Source: Podarcis cretensis
Taxonomy: Eukaryota
DNA length: 64,000 nucleotides
Assembly (NCBI GenBank): GCA_951804945.1
Contig: OX638154.1
Location: forward strand, 70,122,001-70,186,000
Direction: 5' to 3'
Part shown: piece by piece, positions 53,740 to 64,000 of the stretch
Numbering within the stretch: the stretch's first letter is position 1
Layout of the letters: every line of letters starts with the position of its first letter
Position numbers and translations under genes: made by a program
The notes under the pieces: model-generated
Databases searched by the model: none
What the model was told of the DNA's origin: nothing
Seen by the model: the letters and a program-made list of their open reading frames with translations, nothing else

Positions 53740-55703
53740 GTAAGTAATTGCTAGTGACCTGAGTGTTTCAGGCGATTTTTTATTTTTTTTAAAGCGTGTT
53801 AGCTGTCAGAGCCCCTGACAGACTAAAATAGCACCAGAAAGCTTTATTGGTACGAGAATGGCAAGGCTGTGTGCAAATTCCAATCAGGTCTTTTGTAATT
53901 TTCTAGGTTCAGAGAATTTGTACCCTGGAGAGGCAAGATTCTAAATTACCACCTTTCTTTTTAACACAAAAGATTGACCCGAAACAAATTGGGAGAAAAA
54001 GTAAATAACTTTTTGGGCCTCCAATGAATATTAAGTAAAATAAAACAAAATAAAATTCTACTTTACTTAAAAGTATCTGGTTTGCTTTAACCCCCCTGCC
54101 CTAGTTTTAAGCTAACACTTCATTAGATTTCTTTGTTCAGCATGCTTTCTAGCCGGTTCTCTTTCTGGAGAATGATAGTGCAGTGTTTCTGCCCCAGTGG
54201 TTCACTTTGATAATATTTATCGGGAAAGAATCGGATTAAAATTAGCCCACTGTTTTTTATTTATAAAAAGTAGGGATATTTATACAAAGTGACAGAAGGT
54301 AGGCCCCCCAAAATAATAATATTTCTGAGGGTTTATGTTGCTAGAGGCATAAATGTGCCTTCCAATAGAGCTTACTTTGTCCTTTGATGAAATTAGTTAC
54401 AGTATGGGCAGATACTGTTGGAATACAAGCAAGCTGCTTGATTCTGCTGTTGATGGAAGACAAACGAAAGCGATTCCGTAGGGAGCTGTGCTATATGAAA
54501 AGTGAATCAGTAAGTGAAGTGAGTCCCGATAAACTGATGCCTAATTTAGTTTAATCCTGTTTGGGTTTTTTTGCTTTAACTATTAAATTTGCAGCAGCAG
54601 GTCTGAGGCATTTTGTTTGCATTATGCTGCTCTGCAGAAGAAGAAAAAATATGACATTTAATCATTTTCTGAGTTGGCGTTCCTTGGGGATAGTCAAGTG
54701 ATGGACAGCTAAAAGCATGTTTTAAATGCACAAAGAAAAGCTGTGTGGGGAGAGGGGGCCCCACATCTATACCTTTGCCTGGGTTCACGGCCTATATCAA
54801 ATACTAACCCAAAAGGAAGCAGAGTTGCTTAATCAAATACCAGGCTTTTTGTGGTTGCCCTGTACTTGCAGGTACCCCTTTGGGTTGATTAGCTGTACCA
54901 TACAGGGCATCTTCTTAATGCTTGATGCTTTTCAACTTGTTGGTTGACCCCATTCTAAGGTGAGCTGCACCAGTGGCAACATCACTATTTTTTTGTTGCA
55001 TTTCATTGAAAAGAAGTGTTGGGGGGGGAGAGAAGGGGGAAATAAATAAGCTTAAATGAGAAGCATTGAGAAAGGAAAATGGATGTGGCCTTGAGTTTCA
55101 TTCTGAGGTTTGATAGGTTCCAGATTTGAAAAGTGTAAAACATACTGTAGCACCACCATCAATGGGGGGGGGGGGCGCGTGCAGGTGGTTTGCAATAGTG
55201 TGAAGAAAATGGACTGATAGGCAACAATTAATGAGCGTAAAGATGAAAGCAGGTGATCATAAGGAAGTCTTGTTGAACAGCCTTAAAGCTCAATAAACAG
55301 ACACATTCTCAAGCATATGCTAGTGTTCTGAATTACATCTCCATGCATTTAACTGAAAGAGAGAGCTGCACGGCTGATTTTCTCAACGTAGAACACTTAT
55401 GGTGTGCTAATGCAGTTTCCCTTGGTGACCATGCCATTGAACGATGTTAATCTCCTCCCACTTGGCACTCCAAATCACGCTCAGGAATAACATACATACA
55501 AGGAAGCAAGTCAGCCAGGTGTGTATGGCATCCATTTTCAAGAATAGGTTTCATATGGATGTCCACATGGGGTCACTGCTAAAAAAAAGTCACATCATAG
55601 CCAGTCCATGTGAATAAGTTCTAAGAGATGTCTACTTTCCATTGGTAACACAGAGTATATGTGCTATTCTCACACCACTTTTTTTCTTTTTTTTCTGTAA
55701 CAG

Positions 55704-55770
55704 CTGCTGGCTCAAAGTTGACAATTATTTTATCTGGAGTTTCATTGGGCCTGTTACCTTCATTATTCTG
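55704..55770 (+). CDS. ADGRL2: Exon (67 nt): ECL2 and start of TM5, [22 protein letters not shown]
   Basis: aacag| acceptor and ctg|gtaaga donor; CWL...IWSFIGP motif. Confidence 0.95.
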
Positions 55771-56408
55771 GTAAGAATACTTTCACTTTCCTTTCCGCCC
55801 ATCTGCCTGCCTCTCTCCCAATCCACTTTATTTATTACAGTGGGAATGACCAAAATACTTTGAAAGTCAGGTTATATTTGCTGTGAAACTGCCATAGCAA
55901 TAGCCCTTTTGGATAAGACCATAGGCCCATGTTCTCCAGCATCATCTTCTCACTATAACCAACCAGATACTCATGGAAAGCGCACTTCTCATGGTTTGTC
56001 TCTGATACCGATACTGGAGGTAGAAGACATCCATCACAACTTCTAGCCACTGAAAGTCTTATTTGTCTAACTGCCTTTTAAAGCTATCCAAGTGGGGGGG
56101 GGGAGCACCACGTCATGTGACAGCAAATTCTACTATGCACTGTGTTCATTTTGTCTGTCCCAGTATTCAACACTCCAATATTCAACTTAACCTGGATGAC
56201 CTTGGGTTCCAGTATTGTGAGATACGGAAACCTCTCTCTGTTGTTTGTACACAAATCGGTTAATTTCGACTAGAGACTTTGTACAGTTGTGATGGCATGT
56301 GAATCACAAGTCTTAGTTTTGATTTGTGCACAGTGCTATCCCCTCTTGAGATGATACTTTTGGGATTTCTATATTTCCTTCTGGTTTCAAAGCCCTTCAG
56401 ATATCTTT

Positions 56409-56495
56409 GTAGACTCATAGAGATGGAAGGGACCCCAAGGGTTCTCTAGTTCAACCCCCTGCAATGCAGGAACCACTGCTAAAGTATCCCTGACA
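56409..56495 (-). mobile_element. CR1 3' end fragment, antisense
   Basis: tcatagagatggaagggacccc...tctagttcaaccccctgcaatgcaggaa is the reverse complement of the CR1 tail at 49795-49855. Confidence 0.65.
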
Positions 56496-58351
56496 TATCA
56501 TTTATTGAATATTATCTCTGTACCTGCTGAACTAAAACAGTGCTGTTTTAAAAGCAGGACTGTTAATAGGCTTTTATTTATTTACTTTCTTTCTTTTATT
56601 ATACTTTGCTCTTCATCCAAGAAGTTCAGAGCTTTGTATGGATGGTTTTCAGGTGGTGTCCCATCCATGTACTTGTTTAGGAAAAGCCCCTTTTAATTTT
56701 AGTTACCATGTTCCTTCAAACTATTCTTCCTCACACATTCTATAATGCAAATGCTAATGATCCTTTTGCGGGGGGGGGGAGATATCATTTTTCATTTTAG
56801 CAAACATCGCGACATTGTAGCTGATGTGTTGGTGCAAAATTCAGCCTTGTTCTAGTAGAGATTTATCTTCTTGGAGTAGTCTTACAGTCTGAGCCTTTAA
56901 GCCACTATATGTATTGAGGCGTACCCATGGCACCTAATGTCATTCTGTAGGACTGAGTTGCCAATCTTTATCCTTGATTGCCAGTTGAGTCCAGAGAAGG
57001 CAGTTTTTTTCTCAGCAAAGCTGTACGTTATCCGCAGACAAATAGTATTTATTTTCCCCATCATGTTCATTGCATTAATCATACTGTAAATCACATTATT
57101 GAAATGTTTTTAAAAACACTGTACATAATGCACAGAATTGAAATCAGTGGCTTGGCCTGTCCATCCTCCACATCGCAGAACACTTCTGAGAGTCAGGGCA
57201 TGTGGGATGTGGTGCAGAGGCAATCAAGGTCATTTGTGACTTACACCAATTCTCCCTTGCCATTGCATCCCCTACAACACAACTCATGCCAATCAGGAAG
57301 ATTAATCTGTATGTGCAATATTTATCAAGATTGAACAGTAAAAAAAACAAAACTATTTGGCTTGATTATTGGCATATGGTATACACAGATTGCACAACAT
57401 AGCAGTCCGGTGGCAAAATCTGATTCTAGCTATTTCACAGTATGGCTGAGGATTTGACAGGAGGTAAAATACTCCTGTGGTTTAACAGGATTTCTTTCTT
57501 CATTCTTGAAGTTCTCACTGGCATATAAGAAGTGTGCATCATAGAGCAGGTATGTAATTCACATTCACATAACTATAAGGATAGGGTTTTTTAAAAATAA
57601 AAATAAAAAAATCTCCTTTCATCATCTCAAGCAGCACGGCTGATAGAAGCCTGTACAGAGGAAACATGACACAGCAACTTATCTGAGATATGCCAGTATA
57701 GATAATATTGGAAGTGATGCTCCCACTCCTGATTTTTTAGATCGTAATTAAAAATGGCAGCTTTTAATTCTGTATAGCAGCCTGCAGGACTCCTTGGTAT
57801 TTTTTTGAAAGAAGCATTACAGGCTGAATCATCCAGCTGAGCACTTTCTTTCCTCATGGTGCAATTTCTGTTGTTCGTGCAACACAACATGTAAGCTAGA
57901 ACCTCACCGAAAGAAGCCATAGCCACTTCCTTTCTCTCCAAAGGGGCAAGCCGTTTCTTTCAAAACATGATAGTTCCACAGTAAGTGAGATAATCTTGCA
58001 TGTTATGCTTCCCCTTCCTGTTTGAAGCCTGGAGTGTGGCAACAGGAGTTCTGCCACATCAGTAGCAGAGGGCATTGCGGTGTGGCACCACCACTCCTGC
58101 TCTCCAGTTGGGCTGTGTCGCTGCTGTTTACCAGGAGGCAGAGGAGGAGGAGTTAGGCAGCAGTGAGCTGGTACAGTGCCCAAGACACCAGAGAAACTAA
58201 TCCAGTTCTCCCGCCAGTGCCTCTGTAGTGTGCCAGCCTCACCGCTGCCTCATTCCTCCTCTCTACCTCCCAGAAAGCAACAAAGGTGAAACAAACCAGA
58301 GGTCAGGTGAGTGGTGCCAGGCCACTATGCTGTCTGCTACTGCTTCCTAAG

Positions 58352-58378
58352 TTATTATTATTATTATTATTATTATTA
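58352..58378. repeat. (TTA)n microsatellite
   Basis: Directly visible. Confidence 0.9.
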
Positions 58379-61300
58379 ATCCCAGAAAGTAGAACTTCAG
58401 TACGCCAGGGAGAAAGTTTCTAGCCCATATTGCGCACTTAGAATGCTGAGGACTGTGAGTGTTTTATGTATTTAAGAATTGCATCTCCTACCTGCAGCCA
58501 GAATGGGTGGCAGCCCATTCTGCCACCTCATTCGCACGTAATTCTGTTGCAAGTGGACTGGTCACAGGCGTGGGAATAAAGTGGCTGAAAGTAATGTGCG
58601 AGCTAAAGTTCAGTGAGCCAGGGTCTTGGTATGTCTCCTTTCCTCTTCTTCTTTTTTTTTTTTTACAAAAATAACAGCATCATTTACTGTGAGCAGTACT
58701 TTCTTTGGGGTTTTTTCTCTCCCCCCTCCCTCTCTTTCTCTGTCTTTAAATAACATTACACTTTGTGTGGGCCTTGGGCATTGAGGCAGATATTGGTGTT
58801 TCCTCATAACCAGGTCAGAGTGAAAATCGGGGTGAGGGACATTTAATCATATTGACCATGTACAGTCAGAGTCTACTATTATTTACCGGCCATGACATTA
58901 TTATCCTCCTGCAAATCATTTAGACTGAGAAGTGAAAGGCCTTTGGGAGCAGTATTCCCAACTTCAAAAAATATGAAACAGCAGGTAGCAATCACTGCAC
59001 AGTTCCTGGGAGTAATTCTTCTCTGGCAATTGCTTTGCCCTCTAATCGTACCGACCAAAAGAAAAGAGAGTGTAATGATTCGAGAACAGTGTAATGTGAA
59101 CAGTGTAACTGCAGAAGAGGTATGGGTGTACATTAATGTATATGCGCCATTCAAGAGTGTACCATTACAATCCTTACAAACATATGGCGATGATTGTATA
59201 ACAACAACAACAGCTGCTGCTGTTGCTACTATTTAACGATTTATTTAGCCCCAACAATGTGCTGCAATAATCATGGAATATTTGTTAGCTGGAATGCAAC
59301 TCTCAATGCAGAGTATGCTAGAGTCGGCCCAATACTGGGCTGCCTCCAACCAAATTATAGAGAAAGTAGACTGCGCACTGAAAATGGAGTTTGTGTTTCT
59401 AGTCCTTAACAGAAAAGCTCATAATGTGTGAGCTACTTCTAATGGACTTTCAAACTCTACATTATAGGTTGTGCCAAGCTTTTTGGGTCACTATTGAGTA
59501 TGAAACACAGAAAAACAAAAAAACAACCCCTCATTTCTTCCTTACACATATGTAGGCACACCCAGCCAGGTAAGGCAAACAGCAGATAGTTAATTCTCCA
59601 TTTACAAAAGCAGCTCCTTAGGCGCACCAGATACCCACACTATGTGGTTGTCTACATAGCTGTTTTCTAAATTCATGTCTGGGCTTAGGTACTGTTGTCT
59701 GACGTGAGTGCATACACACAACCTGGGCCTTCTCAGATACGGTGAGCAGTCTCTTCCTCCACTTCCAACCTGTCCTGCATGCCCACCTCCAACTCTGACT
59801 TCACGGACCCTTCCTCTTCTCCTTTCCTTTCCCAACCCCAAAAATCTCTGCCCCTCCTCTCCTGAGTTCGCCTCCGCCCCCTTGCCTCCATCACATATTC
59901 GTCAGAGTATTTCCAGTCCCTCTCAATATGTTACCTTGTGCATAACTGTTATAATGTGTACACAGAACACAGATGTACACTGAATTAAGAACAATCACAG
60001 TTTTAATTTACTGGCTTTAGAATTTGAGATCTTATTCTTTTCCCACCTCCAGCCCACATACACAAAATTCCCTTTGGGGGAAAGACTAATACACCCATTA
60101 AGGAGCAGTTAGATAAATTATAGCCTATACTGATCTTAATTGAGAAGTTGCAGAAAATAAAAGCCTGAGTTTCGGTGATTTAATGGACCGCTATCAGCCT
60201 TTATATGATCTTGAGGCTTTAGTCCATTGTAATTCAAGCAAAAGATTTATTTAGTACATTCTCAGATAAGATTCCATGGCCATGATAATCTAATATAAAT
60301 TTAGGCACTCATGATCTTGTTGAAATTGGCTGCTAATTTGAGGGAAGGAGATGGGCAGTATAATGTTATCTATTTGTTTTAAAGGAACTGGAAGAAAATT
60401 GTGTTCTTTGGGAATAATAAGTGTTCAAGGGGAAATCTGCAACAGGATGTTCCATTGACTTCGTCCTTTTATTGGAATTTTTGATACATGCACCGATTTT
60501 TATATCAGCTTTTCTGCCTTCCTTAAAAAAAAAGAATTGGATATATTGGTCAGAATGGATCTCATTGTTTTGAATGGGATCAAGCACCTGCAGCTCTGCA
60601 CTGTATTTGTATTTCTGTGTTTCTTGATCACAGCCTTTTTATTTATTGCACGCCTTGCTGTTTTTTGCATTTAAAGTAAATATCACTACCCTCCCTTTCC
60701 TTGCCATACACCCACCCACCCGATGCTTTCCCTCTTAAGGTTAGGTAGCCCCGCCTTCCCAAATAACCTTGCCCGTTCTCGGCACTTTAGGAAACATGCG
60801 GCGTTCGGATCCTTGAAGGAGAGCGGTTGACTTTCCTTTCAGACTACGGGGCACCAGGGTTATTGTATCTATGGAAGAAAGCATGTGTGAGAGTAATGAG
60901 CAGTGGAACGCCATTAGTATGCCTGAAATGATTTAATGAAAGCTTGGATCATGACACGTCAGGAGCTGTTCTTATCATTTGGACAGCTCCATCTGCATCC
61001 TTAATAATTAATTAAGTTCAGGGAGAGTTCAGCTTTGCACACTCCTTTCGAAGGGCTCCTTCAGACAACACTTCTCGGGCTGCCAGTCCCAGAGAGGAAT
61101 AGGCTTCTGCTTGGCTAAGAGCAAGGATCTGTGAGATAGAAGAGCAATTTTAGAGCTTGCCTCTGCCAGGTAACAAAAGCTCCAGGGAGGACAAACAGGG
61201 TCAGAACATGTGCAGTTCAGCTAGGTTACCTCGGAGTGGTGTTTCTGTTCTTCTGTCTTATCATATCCATGTCAGCACTTCAGGCTGTGTGGAATGAATT

Positions 61301-62120
61301 TTAAGCTGCTAGGCTCAATGTAATTCAATTGAGCAGCTTGATGGCTTTAATAAAACAAACAGTGCACTCTGGCAAACTGGTCAGAAAAGCCCACACTTTT
61401 GACTTTTTGTGTTTTGCCTCTTTTCGCTTTAATATAATTCAAGGAGGTTCGAGGTTGGTTACACTTGTCATTTGTGTTACGCTCCTGAGAGAGATTCTCA
61501 TGAGCCTTAGGAATCACCTGCAGGAAGATGACTGACCCAAAGCATTCTGGATGTGGTTCTGTTTCATGAATAGGGAAACATATGATCTCTAAAGAGACAA
61601 CATTACTTCTCCTTAGTGATACTGTCCATCCAAGACAAAGCAACTTTGCAGTGATAGCATAATAGGCATTGGAAATTTAGGCATAGTTCCTGTGCTGGCA
61701 GTATGGAGAGGGATGTCTAATACTTTATACTTACCACATCCTAGAAAAATGAATTCACCATAATGTGATAAACTTCCGTGATTCAAGTACATGTTTCCAT
61801 AGCTGCAGATGCCTTGTCAGCAATACACCATTCACTCGTTTATTAGTTTGGTTTATCTTCATTTGTATGCTACTATTTGATTATTCAGAGTGACATATAG
61901 CAAATAAAAATGACCACTTGATGGAAGCTGGAGAACTGAAACTAACCCTGAATTGAAACCAGTCCCCCACTACTGCCACTGAAGAGGTGATCAGCATAAA
62001 GGTGACATTGTGCCAGGTTGGGCTTATTACATCTTGGTTTTGTAAGCCTTTTCTCTACACACATTGCCTCTTCTCTGCCCCTTTCTCAATTACACCAGTA
62101 ACACTTCAATCAACTGTCCT

Positions 62121-62247
62121 TTCCCATTACATCTGAACTGGGAAACTATGGTTACCAAGTTCTCAAAACACAGCTTGAAGTTGGTTTAAGATCCTAACTT
62201 TTTCTGTACCTGGTAACCATGGTTTACCAGTTCAGGCACAATGAGAA
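62121..62247. repeat. Degenerate inverted repeat / fold-back element
   Basis: cattacatctgaactgggaaactatggttaccaagt (62125-62160) vs acctggtaaccatggtttaccagttcaggcacaatg (62208-62243), about 29 of 36 positions complementary. Confidence 0.6.
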
Positions 62248-62448
62248 GCTATGGCTAAGTAAGTGATGTCTTGCTTTAACTGCATCGAGGAAAGGGGTTG
62301 CATATGCAGGCACAAAACTTGTTCACAATATAATATAACAAAGCTTATATCCAAAATATCATTATCCTACACCACACCCAGTTCTACTGGTGCTACCGGA
62401 TGGGCCTTTTAGCATTTCAGACGGCTTTTGTATAATAATAGTGCAGTA

Positions 62449-62793
62449 CAGTGGTGCCCCGCAAGACGAACGCCTCACAAGATGGAAAACCCGCTAGACG
62501 AAAGGGTTTTCCGTTTTGGAGGCGCTTCGCAAAACAAATTTCCCTATGGGCTTGCTTCGCAAGACGAAATGTCTTGCGAGTTCCTGCAGGTTTTTTCCCC
62601 TTTTCCTAAGCCGCTAAACTGCTTATCAGCTGATCCGCTGATAAGCCGCTTATCAGCTGATCCGCTAAAAGCCGCTAAACCGCTAATAGCGCTAATCCGC
62701 TAAGCTGTCAATGGGCTTGCTTCGCAAGACGAAAAAACCGCTATACGAAGAGCGTCATGGAACGGATTAATTTCGTCTTGCGAGGCACCACTG
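62449..62793. mobile_element. Tc1/mariner MITE family A, second copy (345 bp), inverted relative to 3023-3350
   Basis: TA|cagtggtgccccgcaagacgaa ... ttcgtcttgcgaggcaccactg|TA; aligns by eye to the reverse complement of the first copy at roughly 90% outside the internal array. Confidence 0.9.
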
Positions 62794-64000
62794 TAGTAGA
62801 AATGGTTTTGTTGACTTTAGTTTACAGAGTTCATGACAGTGTATTGTTTTGGAAAATTGTGGTTTACAAAATATAGACAATATATGTATTCTGCTCTTGT
62901 GCCTGGGATTTCATGCATGGCTCACATTGTGAGCTAGGACTAGGCATGCAGAAAAGTCTCCTTCTCCACGCACTTCACCCTCACTCAATAGGTCCACAGT
63001 TCTCACACCCTTTGAGAGGAATCATTAATCACAAGAAAATTACAAGATCATTTTATAGTGTTATGACAGCAGAAATCTTTCCGTGAGTCAGTTTGAATCA
63101 ATTCCTTGAAGGAATCGATTCAGTGGCTTTCAAGGCACACACAATATTAATGTTCTTTAAGAAATTAAGCATTTAAACTGTCATATATATATATCACCCA
63201 ATCACACCTTACAAATATGTGTGATTTCTTAGATAGCAATGAGAATCAGGCAAGTGAGGAATAAGCAAAACATTTTCTTCATAAAAATTGCGACTACAAG
63301 TCATTTCTTGTGAGTGTATGCTCTTCAACAAGTTCCTCTGCTCTGCCCCTTTCTGCTTTCCATGTTACATGATATTATGTCAATCTGTCCGAGTTTGTTT
63401 AACCCTTGATTAGAGGTGATTTATCTAGAGGAGAGGCATTTTCCCAGAGCTCTCACCTACCATGGTGATGTGTGTGTTTAATAGCAAGAAAGCGAATATT
63501 TTTCTAATGGGTACTTGGAGCATAGACAAACCAGGAATTCTGAATATTGCTTTCACATAGCGAACTAGTGTTCTTTGGTTTGCTTGATACTTTAAATTGT
63601 ATCATATTTCACAGAGATGTGGTGAACAAGTATCTGATGCTCTGTTGTCATATGTCTTCGTTACTTTGCTCTAGAACTACAGTATGTTGTATTCTTAAAG
63701 AGACTTTCATTTTCACTTACCATCATATTACAGGACCTTTATCAGCTGAATCAAAGTGCAGTGTTTCTTGTTCTGCCACCCTTTCTCTTTCTTTCACTTT
63801 CTATGCTTAAGCAGACACTCAATTTTTTATTTTTATATCAATCAATAAATTTTATTGTTTATAGCCAATGGCCATCACAACACAATATGAGCACAAATCA
63901 CACAGCTACAAAAGACACTGTATGCTCCAGACCAGGAAAAATCCACCATGTCCAAAATTTAGGAACATTCCTTCTACTCAGCACCCCTAGGGATTGGAAC

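Larger units (their letters stand above)
12975..55770 (+). other. ADGRL2: ADGRL2 (latrophilin-2) partial gene: span of the 14 internal coding exons found; 5' and 3' exons lie outside the window
   Basis: Spliced exons join in frame (phases 2-1-1-1-1-0-0-0-1-1-0-0-0-2-0) and give lectin-Olf-STP-HormR-GAIN/GPS-7TM in latrophilin order. Paralogue-diagnostic peptides such as (I)[14 protein letters not shown]...[22 protein letters not shown] and [13 protein letters not shown] match latrophilin-2 rather than ADGRL1/3. Confidence 0.96.

Noticed and set aside
58633-58835. Pyrimidine tracts followed by donor-like sites (cag|gtcaga, ggg|gtgagg) as an extra exon
   Set aside because: The first AG is about 40 nt past the last tract, and no latrophilin-like peptide results.
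1-64000. A novel multi-gene or prokaryote-type system (operon, CRISPR array, defence island)
   Set aside because: The window is intron-rich vertebrate DNA within one known gene. There are no long unexplained ORFs and no repeat-spacer arrays, and every convincing coding segment belongs to ADGRL2.
55771-64000. Next ADGRL2 exon (rest of TM5/ICL3, expected LNIIFL...KMVKH-like)
   Set aside because: Not found in any frame. It most likely lies beyond the window end, so this is not evidence of truncation or pseudogenisation.

Overview
Vertebrate genomic DNA from a squamate reptile (Sauria SINEs; the repeat set suggests a lacertid lizard, which is an inference). The whole window lies inside one + strand gene, ADGRL2 (latrophilin-2/LPHN2, an adhesion GPCR). 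I can trace 14 coding exons with GT-AG boundaries and a continuous reading frame (2734 nt = 1 nt + 911 codons when both cassette exons are included). They encode the C-terminal half of the SUEL/RBL lectin domain, a KVEQK/MEQK microexon, the olfactomedin domain, the Ser/Thr/Pro linker, HormR, GAIN (with a 39-nt cassette exon and an intact HL|T GPS site) and TM1 to the start of TM5. The start codon and the 3' exons lie outside the window. The introns contain Tc1/mariner- and hAT-type MITEs, Sauria and tRNA-derived SINEs, CR1/L2 fragments and microsatellites. Nearly all listed six-frame ORFs outside the exons are noise. I see no evidence of a new multi-gene system. The most interesting signals are splicing- and RNA-structure-level: a NAGNAG-tunable microexon, QKI/RBFOX-type motifs flanking the GAIN cassette exon, a run of abutting perfect hairpins, and inverted MITE copies that bracket all the exons. 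Comparisons with mammalian sequences are from memory and need a database check.
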